Counted from the stretch's first letter, positions 8,471 to 18,943 are shown. The stretch: DNA of 64,000 nt from Minisyncoccia bacterium (GCA_050008535.1 JBEKML010000001.1:391050-455049), one strand, 5' to 3'. Translations and numbers: made by a program. The notes: generated by a model not told the origin, from the letters alone.

Positions 8471-9280
8471 ATGAATGAGACGCCACTCCAAGCATTGCTC
8501 AACCTTTCGGGAAAAACCGCGATCGTGACGGGCGGGGCGGTCGGCATTGGTTTGGGGATCAGCAGGCGCCTCGCCGAGGCGGGCGCGAACGTGCTCATTG
8601 CCGACATCAACGCGGAAAATGCCGAAAAGGCAAAGCAGGAGCTGCTCGCGGGCGGTTGGAAGGCGGAGGCGGTGCATGCCGACGTTTCAAATGAAGCAAA
8701 CGTTCAAGCAATGGTTCAAAAAGCGGTGAGCGTATTCGGGGGCGTGGACATTCTTGTGAACAATGCCGGCATCTATCCGAGCGTCCTTTTGATGAATATG
8801 ACCGCCGCCGATTTTGAACGAGTGCTTGCGGTCAATTTGGAAAGCGTGTTCCTGTGTACGAAAAGTGCTGCGGAGCAAATGATCAAACAGGGACGCGGCG
8901 GGAGAATTATCAATATCACTTCTATTGATGCGTTGCACCCGTCATCGGCGGGACTCGCGCACTACGATGCTTCAAAGCACGGCGTGTGGGGGTTCACAAA
9001 GAATGTGGCGCTGGAACTCGCGCCGCATAATATCTGGGTGAATGCCGTGGCGCCTGGCGGCATCGCCACGCCCGGCGTTGCCGGAATGCAGAAAAAGGCG
9101 CAGGTGCCCGCGGGCGTGGACATGGAAGCAATGCTCAAAAATTTCCTCGCGCGGATCCCGATGAAGCGGATGGGGGAACCCGACGATATCGGGAAGGCAG
9201 TGCTCTTCCTTGCTTCCGAAATGTCTTCCTATATGACCGGAAGCCAGATCGTGGTGGATGGCGGTGTGTTGCTCGCCTAA
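8471..9280 (+). CDS. SDR family oxidoreductase
   Basis: TGGAVGIGLG (Rossmann), NNAG, YDASKHGV (YxxxK). Confidence 0.85.
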   Translation: MNETPLQALLNLSGKTAIVTGGAVGIGLGISRRLAEAGANVLIADINAENAEKAKQELLAGGWKAEAVHADVSNEANVQAMVQKAVSVFGGVDILVNNAGIYPSVLLMNMTAADFERVLAVNLESVFLCTKSAAEQMIKQGRGGRIINITSIDALHPSSAGLAHYDASKHGVWGFTKNVALELAPHNIWVNAVAPGGIATPGVAGMQKKAQVPAGVDMEAMLKNFLARIPMKRMGEPDDIGKAVLFLASEMSSYMTGSQIVVDGGVLLA

Positions 9281-9334
9281 TAACCACACAGAGTACTCTT
9301 TTCAAACCCTGTGGTGTCTGTGATAGATAAATCT

Positions 9335-10615
9335 CTACCGGAGCGCGAAGAACATTGCCACTGCCGCTGCTCCCACAAGAATGAACGTCGCCCATACGAG
9401 AATATTTGAAAGTGTCCCGCTCTTGTGCTCGCCCATTATTTTCTCGTTTCGGGCGATCTTCGCGATAATGAATATCAATGGTACCGAGATGACGCCGTTC
9501 GCGACGGCGGTGAAGACAAGCGCCTGCATCGGGTCAATGCCCACAAAGTTGATTATGAGGCCGATGACGGTGGCGATTGTGATGATGCCGTAGAAGCCGT
9601 GGGCGCGCTTCAGTTTTAGGTTGAGGCCTTCTTTCCAGTTCAGCGCTTCCGAGAGCGCGTAGGAGGCCGATGCGGAAAGGACGGGGACCGCGAGGAGCCC
9701 GAGCCCCATGATGCCGATCGCGAAAATGAGCTTTGCGATGAACCCGGCATAGGGGAAGGTGGTAACCAATGGCTCGAGCGCTTTTGCGGCGTCGGCGGCG
9801 GTCGCGACGTTCGTCACACCGTTCTTATTGAGCACGGTGGCGGCAACAACGATGATGCACCACGTTGCGGCCTGCGAAGAAAGCATGCCAAGGAAATTAT
9901 CCAGCCGCAGCGCACGCATGAAGGATTTTGTAAGATGCGGTTTTCCATCGCGTATCAAGTGCCTCTTTCGTTCTTCTTCCACTTCTTCGGATGCTTCCCA
10001 GAAGAACATATAAGGGGAAATGGTCGTGCCGATCACGCCGATGATGATAAAGAGGAATGCAAAGTTGAACTCAATGTGCGGGATAAACGTTGCTTTAAGA
10101 ATGGTTCCCCACGGTTCCTGCACGAGAAATACCGTGATGATGTAGGAAAAAAGCGCGAGCGCGAGCCATTTCAAGATTTTTGCGTACGTGCGGTACGAAG
10201 TGAATATTTCAAGGATAAGAATGACGGCGGTGAAGAGCAGTGTGAGGATGACGAAGGGCAGGGGAACAATAAGCTGCGCGGCGGCACCCATCGCGCCCAG
10301 GTCCGCGCCGATGTTTATGGTATTCGCGATCAAAATAAGGGCGAGCGTCCCGTAAAGTATTTTTCTGTCGTAGTGCTCCTTGATGACGGCGGCAATGCCC
10401 TTCCCCGTCACCGCGCCTATCCGGGCGCACGCTTCCTGGACGGCGGTCATGAAGGGGAGCGCGAAGAGGGCGGTCCAAAGCTGTCCGTAGCCGAATTGCG
10501 CGCCGGTTTGCGTATACGTGGCGATCCCCGACGGATCGTCGTCCGCCGCGCCGGTGATGAGGCCTGGCCCCACGATCTTCACAATTGACTTGGTCTTTCT
10601 GCTGAATTTTGCCAC
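9335..10615 (-). CDS. mntH: NRAMP family divalent metal (Mn2+/Fe2+) transporter
   Basis: GPGLITGAADDDPSGIATY signature with multi-TM topology. Confidence 0.85.
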   Translation of the reverse strand: MAKFSRKTKSIVKIVGPGLITGAADDDPSGIATYTQTGAQFGYGQLWTALFALPFMTAVQEACARIGAVTGKGIAAVIKEHYDRKILYGTLALILIANTINIGADLGAMGAAAQLIVPLPFVILTLLFTAVILILEIFTSYRTYAKILKWLALALFSYIITVFLVQEPWGTILKATFIPHIEFNFAFLFIIIGVIGTTISPYMFFWEASEEVEEERKRHLIRDGKPHLTKSFMRALRLDNFLGMLSSQAATWCIIVVAATVLNKNGVTNVATAADAAKALEPLVTTFPYAGFIAKLIFAIGIMGLGLLAVPVLSASASYALSEALNWKEGLNLKLKRAHGFYGIITIATVIGLIINFVGIDPMQALVFTAVANGVISVPLIFIIAKIARNEKIMGEHKSGTLSNILVWATFILVGAAAVAMFFALR

Positions 10616-10682
10616 TTCACCTTATTTTAACACTTGCCTCGTTGATTTGTTTTGCGACCGCCGTGCCGTATCATATATAGTA

Positions 10683-10979
10683 ATGACCTTCAAACTTTAT
10701 AAAAATAAGCGGAACGCTTACGACGTCATCCGCCGCCTCGGGTACATACCGATCGGGACCACGCCGGAGGGCGAGATGAACTGCGTCCGGCCCCTGGGAG
10801 GGGACTATCCGCGTTTTCATATCTACCTTAAAGAAGATGCCGAGATATTCCATTTCTCCCTCCATCTTGACCAGAAAAAACCCGTCTATAAAGGGACGGC
10901 GGCCCACAGCGGAGAATATGATAGCGATGTCGTAAAAGACGAGGCCTCCCGGATCCGCGGAATCTTGTTAGAAGATTAA
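10683..10979 (+). CDS. hypothetical protein (98 aa)
   Basis: MTFKLYKNKRNAYDVIRRLGY... ATG at 10683 inside track ORF 10518..10979, whose upstream part overlaps mntH. Confidence 0.4.
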   Translation: MTFKLYKNKRNAYDVIRRLGYIPIGTTPEGEMNCVRPLGGDYPRFHIYLKEDAEIFHFSLHLDQKKPVYKGTAAHSGEYDSDVVKDEASRIRGILLED

Positions 10980-11309
10980 TTTCAAAGCGGAGAAACCGAT
11001 CAAGAGGACTATGGCAACGAGCCAAAGAAGGCTCCAAAGAACGGTCTTCATCGCTTCGTGGCGCTTGCCGGAGGAGAAAAGGACGAGCGGGTAGCCCAGG
11101 ATCAATGAACTGCAAATGAGGGCCGAGATGACGAAGGCGAGCAGGAAAAGGACGATGCTTATAATAGGGCCAGGTTGAACATTATGAAGCAATGACCAGT
11201 TTTGCACTTGCTGGACGAGCGTGGCGAAGGCGCTCACGTATAACGTCAAACCGGCAGCCTGGATAAAACCGACAGTTCGAGGAGAGGCTTTCATCAAACT
11301 ATTATACAA
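10968..11309 (-). CDS. hypothetical small membrane protein (2 TM)
   Basis: Hydrophobic ORF; start uncertain (alternative MKASPRT... at about 11294). Confidence 0.4.
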   Translation of the reverse strand: MYNSLMKASPRTVGFIQAAGLTLYVSAFATLVQQVQNWSLLHNVQPGPIISIVLFLLAFVISALICSSLILGYPLVLFSSGKRHEAMKTVLWSLLWLVAIVLLIGFSALKLIF

Positions 11310-11340
11310 TAGCCGACCGCTTTTATGCTATAATGATCCT

Positions 11341-11745
11341 ATGGATGGCTACGTGGTCAACATTGAGAAAGCATCGTCGGAAAACGAGAACTTCCGGAAG
11401 GTTTTGTATACCGCGAAAAACAGCCAGCTTGTGGTCATGAGCCTCAAGCCGGGAGAGGATATTGGCATGGAGGTCCACCACCTTGACCAGTTCATTCGCG
11501 TTGAATCCGGGACGGGGAAAACCGTGCTCAACGGCAAGGAGCACGACCTTTCGGATGGATATGCGGTAGTGGTCCCCGCGGGCACCGAGCACAACATCAT
11601 CAATACCTCGCCCGACAAAGAGATGAAACTTTATACCGTATATTCTCCGCCGAACCATCTGGACGGCACCATACACGCTTCAAAAGCCGCGGCCGAAGCA
11701 GACGAAGGGGAACATTTTGACGGCAAGACCACAGAACCGGCATAG
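11341..11745 (+). CDS. cupin domain protein
   Basis: MDGYVVNIEK... ; G..HHLDQFIRV...GKEHDLSDGYAVVVPAGTEHNIINT is a cupin two-motif pattern. Confidence 0.6.
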   Translation: MDGYVVNIEKASSENENFRKVLYTAKNSQLVVMSLKPGEDIGMEVHHLDQFIRVESGTGKTVLNGKEHDLSDGYAVVVPAGTEHNIINTSPDKEMKLYTVYSPPNHLDGTIHASKAAAEADEGEHFDGKTTEPA

Positions 11746-12993
11746 ATGACGCGGGCAACATATCTTTTTTTAATCGTAGCGCTTTTGGGGTCGGTTGGTT
11801 TGCAATATGCGAAGGCCGATCTGCCTACGTACGGTCCTTACGGGATCAATGCCGTGGCAGTCAGCGCTTCGGAGATCGATCTTACGTGGAATGCGGTGGA
11901 CGCCACGCCGGGCGTGACCGGTTACCGCATTGAACGCGAATTTCCCGTGGGCAGCGGGTTCAGCACGATCGTTGCAAACACCAATTCCGCTTCACCGAGC
12001 TACGCCGATACGAATCTTTCGCCGAATACTACGTATAGCTATCGCATTACCGCCATAAATAGCGACGGCCTGGGTCTCCCTTCCGCGAATCCTGTGATCG
12101 CGACGACGCTCGTGGCGAGCCCGTATGTTCCGCCGCCCGATCCGCCGCAAGGCCTTACTGCGGTTCCCACATCCGGTTCGCAATTGAATCTTTCTTGGAC
12201 GGCGCCGCCCGCCAGCCAAAACACGGCCGCTTATAAAATTGACCGGGCCGTGGGCGGCGGTTTCGGGACACTTGTCGCGAGCACGACTGCGACGAGCTAC
12301 ACGGATACAAATCTTTCGCCCGGCGGACAGTATGCCTACCGAGTGTATGCCATGAATGCCGCGGGCACCGGGAGTCCTTCTGTAATTGTATATGCGACGA
12401 TGCCTGTGCCACCCAGCCCTCCGGGAAATCCCACAGCGGTAGCCGGAGACGGCAAGGCGACCGTGAGTTGGCTTCCTGCATATGCTCCGTCTGCATATGC
12501 CCTGCCGGGAGGCGTGGCCGGCTATATAGTGACGGGTCCGGGAAGCAGCTCTGTAAGCGTACCCAGCGGCACCTTGAGCACGACCGTCACCGGCCTCACG
12601 AACGGCGTAAGTTATTCATTTTATGTGAGCGCCCAAAATGTCGCAGGGCAGAGTTCTGCGGTGCAGACAAATAGCGTCGTTCCCGCGACGTCCACTCCGC
12701 AGGCGGTAGTTTCCACGTCGTCCGCGTCATCCACATCGCCTGCATTGCCGGCGAATCACTCATCCCTTCCCGCTTTTTATTTTTCTTTTGCGCTCCAACA
12801 GGGAAGCCGGGGCCAGGCCGTGACGGCGCTTCAGAACCGCCTTACCGGTGCCGGATTTTATTCAGGGCCGATCACGGGATATTTCGGTCTGCTTACGAAA
12901 GCCGGAGTGGAGGCGTATCAGCGCGCTCACCACGTTTCAGCGATCGGTGTTGTCGGTCCGCTTACCCGCGCATATCTCAACGCGAATCTTTAG
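11746..12993 (+). CDS. secreted protein: fibronectin-III-like repeats plus C-terminal peptidoglycan-binding domain
   Basis: Signal peptide, repeated ...GYRIERE / YKIDRAVGGG / YRVYAMNAAG FN3-like units, and a C-terminal PG_binding_1-like segment (GSRGQAVTALQNRLTGAGFYSGPITGYFGLLTKAGVEAYQRAH). Confidence 0.7.
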   Translation: MTRATYLFLIVALLGSVGLQYAKADLPTYGPYGINAVAVSASEIDLTWNAVDATPGVTGYRIEREFPVGSGFSTIVANTNSASPSYADTNLSPNTTYSYRITAINSDGLGLPSANPVIATTLVASPYVPPPDPPQGLTAVPTSGSQLNLSWTAPPASQNTAAYKIDRAVGGGFGTLVASTTATSYTDTNLSPGGQYAYRVYAMNAAGTGSPSVIVYATMPVPPSPPGNPTAVAGDGKATVSWLPAYAPSAYALPGGVAGYIVTGPGSSSVSVPSGTLSTTVTGLTNGVSYSFYVSAQNVAGQSSAVQTNSVVPATSTPQAVVSTSSASSTSPALPANHSSLPAFYFSFALQQGSRGQAVTALQNRLTGAGFYSGPITGYFGLLTKAGVEAYQRAHHVSAIGVVGPLTRAYLNANL

Positions 12994-13000
12994 GTCCGGA

Positions 13001-13714
13001 TTACGATTGAAAGAGGACAGCGGAAGAGAAGGTGCAGCTGCAAGGGTCTTTGTGGCAAGCATGGCAATTCCTCCCGTACAATTCGGAAAGTTTTTTGGCG
13101 ACATCAAGATTGATCGAATTTGCCACGCCGAACACGCACGAGAGAGCATCTGCGATCTCATCCTCAAGCGCCCGCATCTGTTCTTCTTTGTGCTCGCCCA
13201 TGTAGGCATGGATGGCTTCGTTGACTTCGCCGATCTCCTCTGCCAGATGGACGCCCGCCTGGTCGAGCGTGCGCGTTTCAGGGGGATAGATCTCTCTGAA
13301 CATGTCTTGCAGTTGGGCGATAGTGTGCACTTCTGGAATTTTTAGCCCGGCATAGAGGATGCGTTCCTTCGGATGGATCGCTTTGCAGGCGCAGGGCCGT
13401 TTTCCGCAATAGGAGCATTGCATCGGAAATCGCCGCAGGACCCCGCTTTCGGTTTCAATATGGAAGCGATTCGCAATGGCCATCATCCAGGACAACGCGA
13501 TCAAAAGATTAAGAACAAGCTTTGCTTCGTCTTTTTTCCGGATCCCTTTCAGTGCACGCATGGCAAACCGGTCGACGTTCTGGGCCAGGTCCCATATGGA
13601 ATAAAAACGATCGTCGTGCTCGCCGTAAATAACTTTGATGAATTCCTGGAAATCCGCCAGAGAGCCTTGTTGGGAAAAACTATGCATGGCTTTAGAGAGG
13701 TTGCGGCTCTCCAT
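13001..13714 (-). CDS. MazG-like nucleotide pyrophosphohydrolase (two MazG-like segments, Cys-rich tails)
   Basis: AEEIGEVNEAIHAY and LEDEIADALSCVFGVANSINLDV (EExxE / E..AD motifs of the MazG family). Confidence 0.6.
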   Translation of the reverse strand: MESRNLSKAMHSFSQQGSLADFQEFIKVIYGEHDDRFYSIWDLAQNVDRFAMRALKGIRKKDEAKLVLNLLIALSWMMAIANRFHIETESGVLRRFPMQCSYCGKRPCACKAIHPKERILYAGLKIPEVHTIAQLQDMFREIYPPETRTLDQAGVHLAEEIGEVNEAIHAYMGEHKEEQMRALEDEIADALSCVFGVANSINLDVAKKLSELYGRNCHACHKDPCSCTFSSAVLFQS

Positions 13715-14078
13715 TTGCGGTCATATATTCCTCTCGCGGCACCAGCCCCTGTTCTTTCAGTAATTGTTCAAAAGCCTCCCGTAACTTTTCGGGGTTTTTG
13801 GAAAAGCTTATTTCTATCCCGACGTCAGGTCGTTTGGGGTCTGGCCGACAGCCGGCAAAGTACAGGAATCGCTCATCATATGCATGTCCTTCCTCTCGTA
13901 ATTTTTCCAACGCTCGCATAGCTTGGTCCCGTGTTTCCGGGGAATCGAATTCGAAATACAGCTTTGATTCCATTTCCCGTTCTTGGGCCGCATCTCTTAA
14001 TCTTCCTCTCTCCAGCCTCGCCACTTGTGCTTCGAGAGATTCTCCTTCTGCTGCTGCTTCTGCTTCGTTGCTGAACAT
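13692..14078 (-). CDS. hypothetical acidic protein (128 aa)
   Basis: ORF only; its end overlaps the start of 13001..13714 by about 23 nt. Confidence 0.4.
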   Translation of the reverse strand: MFSNEAEAAAEGESLEAQVARLERGRLRDAAQEREMESKLYFEFDSPETRDQAMRALEKLREEGHAYDERFLYFAGCRPDPKRPDVGIEISFSKNPEKLREAFEQLLKEQGLVPREEYMTANGEPQPL

Positions 14079-14130
14079 GGTTACAATTTAGCACATAGCT
14101 GGGTATGGAGGCAAGGGTTATAATATTCCT

Positions 14131-14799
14131 GTGATGATTCTCTTCTATAAAATAGGCAGGAACATCGCAGGATGTTTCCGCGGATATTATTTGCTTTTCC
14201 ATATTTTGGCGGCGGCGCTTACGTACGTGCTCGTGGTTTCCGGATTTGATTGGTTCTATTTCACTACGTTGCGGAATACCTCTTGGTATCTTTTTTTGTT
14301 CCCCGCCGCCGTTCTTGGCGCATTTCTGCCGGTCCTCGTGCCCTTGCTCATGCTTGCGATCGGCAAGGTTCGCAACAATCTGAGGAACATAAATGCGGCA
14401 TGGGGGACGGGACAGGCGGCGCTTCTTGGGTTGCTGATCTCTTCTTCCTATAAATTTTTTACCGGCAGGATCCGGCCGCCGTTCTTGCTGACCGCCTCCA
14501 CCCCCGACATAAGCCAGGTATTCAGATTTGGGTTAATGAAGGGCGGAGTGTTCTGGGGCTGGCCTTCCTCGCATACCACAGTGGCCTTTGCGGCGGCAAT
14601 CGCATTGGTAAAACTCTATCCCGAGAACAAACTGGTGAAAATTTTGGCTTTGGCGTGTGCGTGCTACGTGGGGGTCGGGGTTTCGGCCGGCATCCATTGG
14701 TTCTCTGATTTTGTTGCCGGCGCCATCATCGGTTCCGTGATCGGCGTAGTGGTGGGCAACAGTTTTCGCGCGCGGTTGCATGCGCGGGCGGAGCGCTAA
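14131..14799 (+). CDS. PAP2 family phosphatase (membrane)
   Basis: PAP2 motifs KFFTGRIRPP, PSSH, SAGIHWFSD. Confidence 0.75.
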   Translation: MMILFYKIGRNIAGCFRGYYLLFHILAAALTYVLVVSGFDWFYFTTLRNTSWYLFLFPAAVLGAFLPVLVPLLMLAIGKVRNNLRNINAAWGTGQAALLGLLISSSYKFFTGRIRPPFLLTASTPDISQVFRFGLMKGGVFWGWPSSHTTVAFAAAIALVKLYPENKLVKILALACACYVGVGVSAGIHWFSDFVAGAIIGSVIGVVVGNSFRARLHARAER

Positions 14800-14820
14800 G
14801 GCAGCGCCGCAGAACCGGGG

Positions 14821-15348
14821 CTACGCCGCCGGACGTTTTTCCAAGTTGAGATTTACAAACGCCAAGAGCAAGGCGGGTACCATAAGGTCTTTTCTGGTGA
14901 GCGTTCCTCCGGAGAAATACATTACCGGATCGTCTTCGCCGGCCAGGTTCTGGGTCAGAGTATCCATCTTGATGTTATTTTTTTGTATTTCTTCCATCAT
15001 CCACAACGGCACCCTGATGCCGGGAGTAAAACTTTCCACGTGCTTGCCGTCCTTGGTTTGGATGGAAATGCCGATCACGTAATACCACTCGTCCGCGTTA
15101 TAGATAAAACTCAACGAATTCTCAATGCCGATCCCGATATCAACATTTTCGCGATTGAGCGCTTCCGCTGCGCAAGCCCGCGCTCTTTTAAACAACTCTT
15201 CAAATCCAAAGATCTGCGAAGGCAACGACGGGCGAAAGGGACTATCAAGAGCGATGTCCGCCTCAACGCCAAGCTTTTTGATCGCTTCCTCTACGGCTGC
15301 TTTTTTCAGGTCAAAATAATGCTCTGAAGTATAGAAGCCTATCGTCAT
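14821..15348 (-). CDS. inosine/xanthosine triphosphatase (YjjX / DUF84 family)
   Basis: The C-terminal block DDPVMYFSGGTLTRKDLMVPALLLAFVNL matches the recalled YjjX segment [42 protein letters not shown]. Confidence 0.65.
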   Translation of the reverse strand: MTIGFYTSEHYFDLKKAAVEEAIKKLGVEADIALDSPFRPSLPSQIFGFEELFKRARACAAEALNRENVDIGIGIENSLSFIYNADEWYYVIGISIQTKDGKHVESFTPGIRVPLWMMEEIQKNNIKMDTLTQNLAGEDDPVMYFSGGTLTRKDLMVPALLLAFVNLNLEKRPAA

Positions 15349-15369
15349 CTCCGTGATTATATCATTTTC

Positions 15370-16380
15370 TCAACGGGGACTTCCCGGTGGCTGCTGATGC
15401 CTCTTTTCGTAGTTTTCGTGATACCGAAACGCCGCCGGAATGCTTGCGGCTACCGGGAGCGCGAGGAATGCTCCCAGGATCCCGAAAAGACTGGCGCCGA
15501 TTACTACTGCGAGAAAACTTAAGGCCGGGTAGAGATTAAGGGCTTTGTTGTAGATTACCGGGGAGATCACGGCATTTTCGATCTGCTGGTAGACAAGATA
15601 AAGAATGAGTACGGCGATGCCTTTTACCGGAGACAGGGCAAAGGCGATTATAAGAGCGGGTATGGCGCCGATGGTCTGGCCGACCAGCGGGAGCAGGTCC
15701 AGAATGCCCGCAAAAATGGCGAGCGGCAATGCAAAGGGAATTTGTAATGCCAAAAGTCCCACGAATATGACAGCGCTGCAAATGACAGAGATGATCAGAT
15801 TCCCCCGAATGTATTGCCCTGTTACCGTGCCCACTTCCCCGAGAAGTTCCTTAAGCTTGGTTTTCTCTCTGTAGGGGAAAATGCCCAGAAATAAATTGAA
15901 TAATCTTTCTTGGTCATATACGAAATAGAACGTTAAGATGAGAACCGTGATGATCGATAGTACCGTGAACGCGACGCTTTGCGTGGAAGCGAGAATGAAA
16001 GCGGGATGGCTTTGGAGATAGTTCCCGATATTAAAATTTTCTAATGCTTGGGGTGCGAAAGGTAAGTGGCCGATCGTAGCGTTCATGTTGTTTATGAGAT
16101 TAGGAACCTCCGTGCTTAGCTGCGGGATGATCGCAAAACCCAGTATGGCAAGGGGTATAAGAAGAACGAGCAAAACCAAGGATATCGAAAAGATCATTGG
16201 CAACCTCGTCTCTTTATGAACTTTACTTACTATGGGGGAAAGTGCCGCAGCCATAACAAGCGCTATCAAGATATCCACGAGTGCATCAGCGCCTTTCCAA
16301 ACGAGAAGCACTACGATCCCGGTAAGTATGATCCGGCTTAATGCTTCCCAGCTAAAAGGATGGTCTTGTTGATCGGCCAT
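15370..16380 (-). CDS. AI-2E family transporter (UPF0118/PerM-like)
   Basis: 8 TM. Start MADQQDHPF... chosen because a TATAAT lies immediately upstream on the minus strand; track ORF 15370..16467. Confidence 0.75.
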   Translation of the reverse strand: MADQQDHPFSWEALSRIILTGIVVLLVWKGADALVDILIALVMAAALSPIVSKVHKETRLPMIFSISLVLLVLLIPLAILGFAIIPQLSTEVPNLINNMNATIGHLPFAPQALENFNIGNYLQSHPAFILASTQSVAFTVLSIITVLILTFYFVYDQERLFNLFLGIFPYREKTKLKELLGEVGTVTGQYIRGNLIISVICSAVIFVGLLALQIPFALPLAIFAGILDLLPLVGQTIGAIPALIIAFALSPVKGIAVLILYLVYQQIENAVISPVIYNKALNLYPALSFLAVVIGASLFGILGAFLALPVAASIPAAFRYHENYEKRHQQPPGSPR

Positions 16381-16508
16381 TGTATTCATTATAGCAATCT
16401 CAGTCAGATTGTTTGACAAAAGTTCAGATTGGGTAGATAAAATAAGGGAACCCCTTCTCTTCGCCACAAGGTAGAGAGAAATACTGTAGGGGTAGGGAGT
16501 ACAGCACC

Positions 16509-17060
16509 TTGAGAAGAATCGCTGTTGTCTGTTTCCTGTTTGCGTTCGCGGCGTTGTCTGCCGCGAATGCGACTACTCTGTGGTCTCAACTGTGGGACAC
16601 CACGCCGATTACGCCGCCGGCGATGATAAACGGGATCATCGTTTACGCGGATACCCACACCGGATTGGAGTTCGGTGACGCATTGACAGATTTCAACATC
16701 TCCGGCTGGACGTCGCTGCTGATCAATCCATGGGAGGTCGAAGCATGGGGGACCCCAACGGACACCGTCTTCGATTTCAACGTCAACTTCGGCTCGCCGG
16801 CCAACGCGGCGGGGTACGTGATGTTCGAGTACCTGTACAACGGCCAGTTGGTCGCGCCCGAGACCGGCCCAAACCCGGAGATTTTCTACTACAACGGCGG
16901 GAATGGGGAGTCTCGCGGCCCCGTCACGTACGGCAACTTCTCGTGGCCCGCTCAAGATCCAGACTTCGGGAAGGTCCCCGAGTCCGGGACGGCGTGGCTC
17001 GTCGGTCTGGGGCTCCTGCTCTGGCAGGCTCCTCGCCTCTGGCGCCGTGTCTGGTGCTAG
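16509..17060 (+). CDS. secreted protein with PEP-CTERM-like C-terminus
   Basis: Signal peptide MRRIAVVCFLFAFAALSAANA; C-terminal VPESGTAWLVGLGLLLWQAPRLWRRVWC (PE-x, hydrophobic span, Arg cluster). High-GC segment. Confidence 0.45.
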   Translation: MRRIAVVCFLFAFAALSAANATTLWSQLWDTTPITPPAMINGIIVYADTHTGLEFGDALTDFNISGWTSLLINPWEVEAWGTPTDTVFDFNVNFGSPANAAGYVMFEYLYNGQLVAPETGPNPEIFYYNGGNGESRGPVTYGNFSWPAQDPDFGKVPESGTAWLVGLGLLLWQAPRLWRRVWC

Positions 17061-17124
17061 CCGCCAAGCGCTCCAGCTCCAGCAGTCCCTTCACAGCTCC
17101 TTTGCAGCCTTTGCGGTTTTACAC

Positions 17125-17160
17125 GGCCACCTTCCCTCGTTTGCTCGGGGGCAGGTGGCC
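17125..17160 (+). terminator. hairpin terminator between convergent genes
   Basis: ggccacct tccctcgtttgctcggggg caggtggcc followed by actttcattt. Confidence 0.45.
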
Positions 17161-17164
17161 ACTT

Positions 17165-17680
17165 TCATTTAATCTCAATTAACCTGCCATCGCTAATTTT
17201 TAAATATTTTGAAACTCCCACCGATGGCTGGGTGGTCATTGGTTCGTTCGGCCTCCGTTCGGCATAGTTCACTATCAATTCTCCTTCGCGGAACTCCGTG
17301 GTTTGTGGAGCGATCCGGTCACCAAGAAGGACAGCATTGGTTCCTGTATAACCGTTGCTCGTTTTGAGCGCAGCGACAACGTAATAAAAAGTGCCGCTCC
17401 CGCCGCCGCTTTGCGTTAGAAGAAAAGCAATGTCGTTCAATCCATCGCCATTCAAATCGGCCGTCACTTCGTTGCCGAAATATCGTGTGGTGAGCTTTGA
17501 AGCGGAGCCGGGCGCCGCCTCGCTTTCCGCCGCCCCATTGACCAGCGTGACCGTCCGGCCTTCGATCTCGTAAGAGATGTTCTTGTAGTCGCCCGTAGGA
17601 CGTGCGGCGGGCCGGTACCAAAAGAGAATGCCCGCAGCGAGCAGAACAAGAACACCCACAGTAATTACTCCTTTTTTCAT
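17165..17680 (-). CDS. hypothetical membrane-anchored protein
   Basis: N-terminal TM helix (MKKGVITVGVLVLLAAGILFW); no family recognised. Confidence 0.5.
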   Translation of the reverse strand: MKKGVITVGVLVLLAAGILFWYRPAARPTGDYKNISYEIEGRTVTLVNGAAESEAAPGSASKLTTRYFGNEVTADLNGDGLNDIAFLLTQSGGGSGTFYYVVAALKTSNGYTGTNAVLLGDRIAPQTTEFREGELIVNYAERRPNEPMTTQPSVGVSKYLKISDGRLIEIK

Positions 17681-17800
17681 GTCTTAACTTTAACACGGAG
17701 CGGGGTCTTTACATTTTGAGGCCTACGCTTTACTATAGCGGTAGAGCTGGTTCGCCAGCTTTCGCATCACAATTGACGGAGAGAAGAGGAGAACGACATC

Positions 17801-18943
17801 ATGAAGAGCGCGACGTGCTTGCTCGCGATTTTAGCGATTTTTGGGTTGATGATCCCTGTGGCTTCGGCCCAGGAAGAAACCCAGTTCTCGCTCAACCCGA
17901 ACGAAGGGCTCTACGACGGCCTCGCCCGCCAGGGGTGCAACCCAGGCTGGCTTTCCCTCGTGATGAGTGAAGACAACATCAAACTCGAAGACCTGCGCCG
18001 GCTGTGGAAGCCTGTGGCGATCGACATGACTCAATGCAAGGAAACGCCTCCCGAGGAGGTCCTTGCCGCCACGCGGCGCATCGTTAAGGCGGACATCGCG
18101 GCGGCCGCATCGGCTCGGAAGCGGAGCGACGGCGCTCAGCAGAGCGTTGCGTCCAACAGGGCTGCCGGACACGCGCTATCAGCGCCACCGATACCGGACA
18201 CTACCATCCACGAACGGGAAGATTTACAAGCGAAGCTGGACGCCGCGAACGCGACAATCCAGGGTCTGCAGGCGAAACTCGACGCCGCGAACGCAACGAT
18301 TCAGAGCATGAAATCTGCCGACGTGCCCAAGGAAAACGCTGCGGCAGGAACCGATCACTGGTCGGTGTTGGCGATCGTCGCCACTGCGGTGAGCATTACG
18401 GCGGTAATCCTCGGCGGACTGTTCTTTTTGCTCTGGCGCCGGAAACCCACGAGGAGTTCAATGGCCCTTTTCGGTGACGCGGGGTCGGCTGGGAAGGGAG
18501 CCGCCAAGATTTCCAGGCTTGAAGCGGACCTCGTCGCCTCAGAGAGAGCCAGGATCGAACTCGTTTCGAGGCTTGGCACGGCGGAGGAGTCCGCTGCCGC
18601 TTTAAAGACGGAACGCGACACCGCGCAGGCGGTCGTCACCGATCTCACGACGGCAATACAAGGTGCGGTTTTCTTCGACCGGGAGATCGAAGTCAGGCAC
18701 GACGGCGTGGCTCACACTTTCGTTCTTGTGGGGGTTGAGGCAAAGCGCGACGGCAACGGGTTCGTCGGCCTTTACGCGTGCCCGCTGTGCACCGAGCGGC
18801 GCTTGGTGCTGCCCGAGGGTTTAAGTGACCAGCAGCAACAGGAAAGGCTGGCGTTGCACTTTACGAAGTGCCCCGACATGAAACAACCGGGGCCGATCGC
18901 AGTACCCCCTCCCAGAAAGGGAACGCTGGTGGGAGTAGCTTAG
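17801..18943 (+). CDS. hypothetical secreted/TM protein with tandem LQAKLDAANATIQ repeats
   Basis: Signal peptide, internal TM segment (WSVLAIVATAVSITAVILGGLFFLLW), 13-aa tandem repeat. High GC. Confidence 0.5.
   Translation: MKSATCLLAILAIFGLMIPVASAQEETQFSLNPNEGLYDGLARQGCNPGWLSLVMSEDNIKLEDLRRLWKPVAIDMTQCKETPPEEVLAATRRIVKADIAAAASARKRSDGAQQSVASNRAAGHALSAPPIPDTTIHEREDLQAKLDAANATIQGLQAKLDAANATIQSMKSADVPKENAAAGTDHWSVLAIVATAVSITAVILGGLFFLLWRRKPTRSSMALFGDAGSAGKGAAKISRLEADLVASERARIELVSRLGTAEESAAALKTERDTAQAVVTDLTTAIQGAVFFDREIEVRHDGVAHTFVLVGVEAKRDGNGFVGLYACPLCTERRLVLPEGLSDQQQQERLALHFTKCPDMKQPGPIAVPPPRKGTLVGVA

Noticed and set aside
17730-17775. tRNA-like motif gcggtagagctggttcgccagc upstream of gene 17801
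   Set aside because: Only a short GC hairpin with no cloverleaf. Most likely part of the promoter or 5' UTR.
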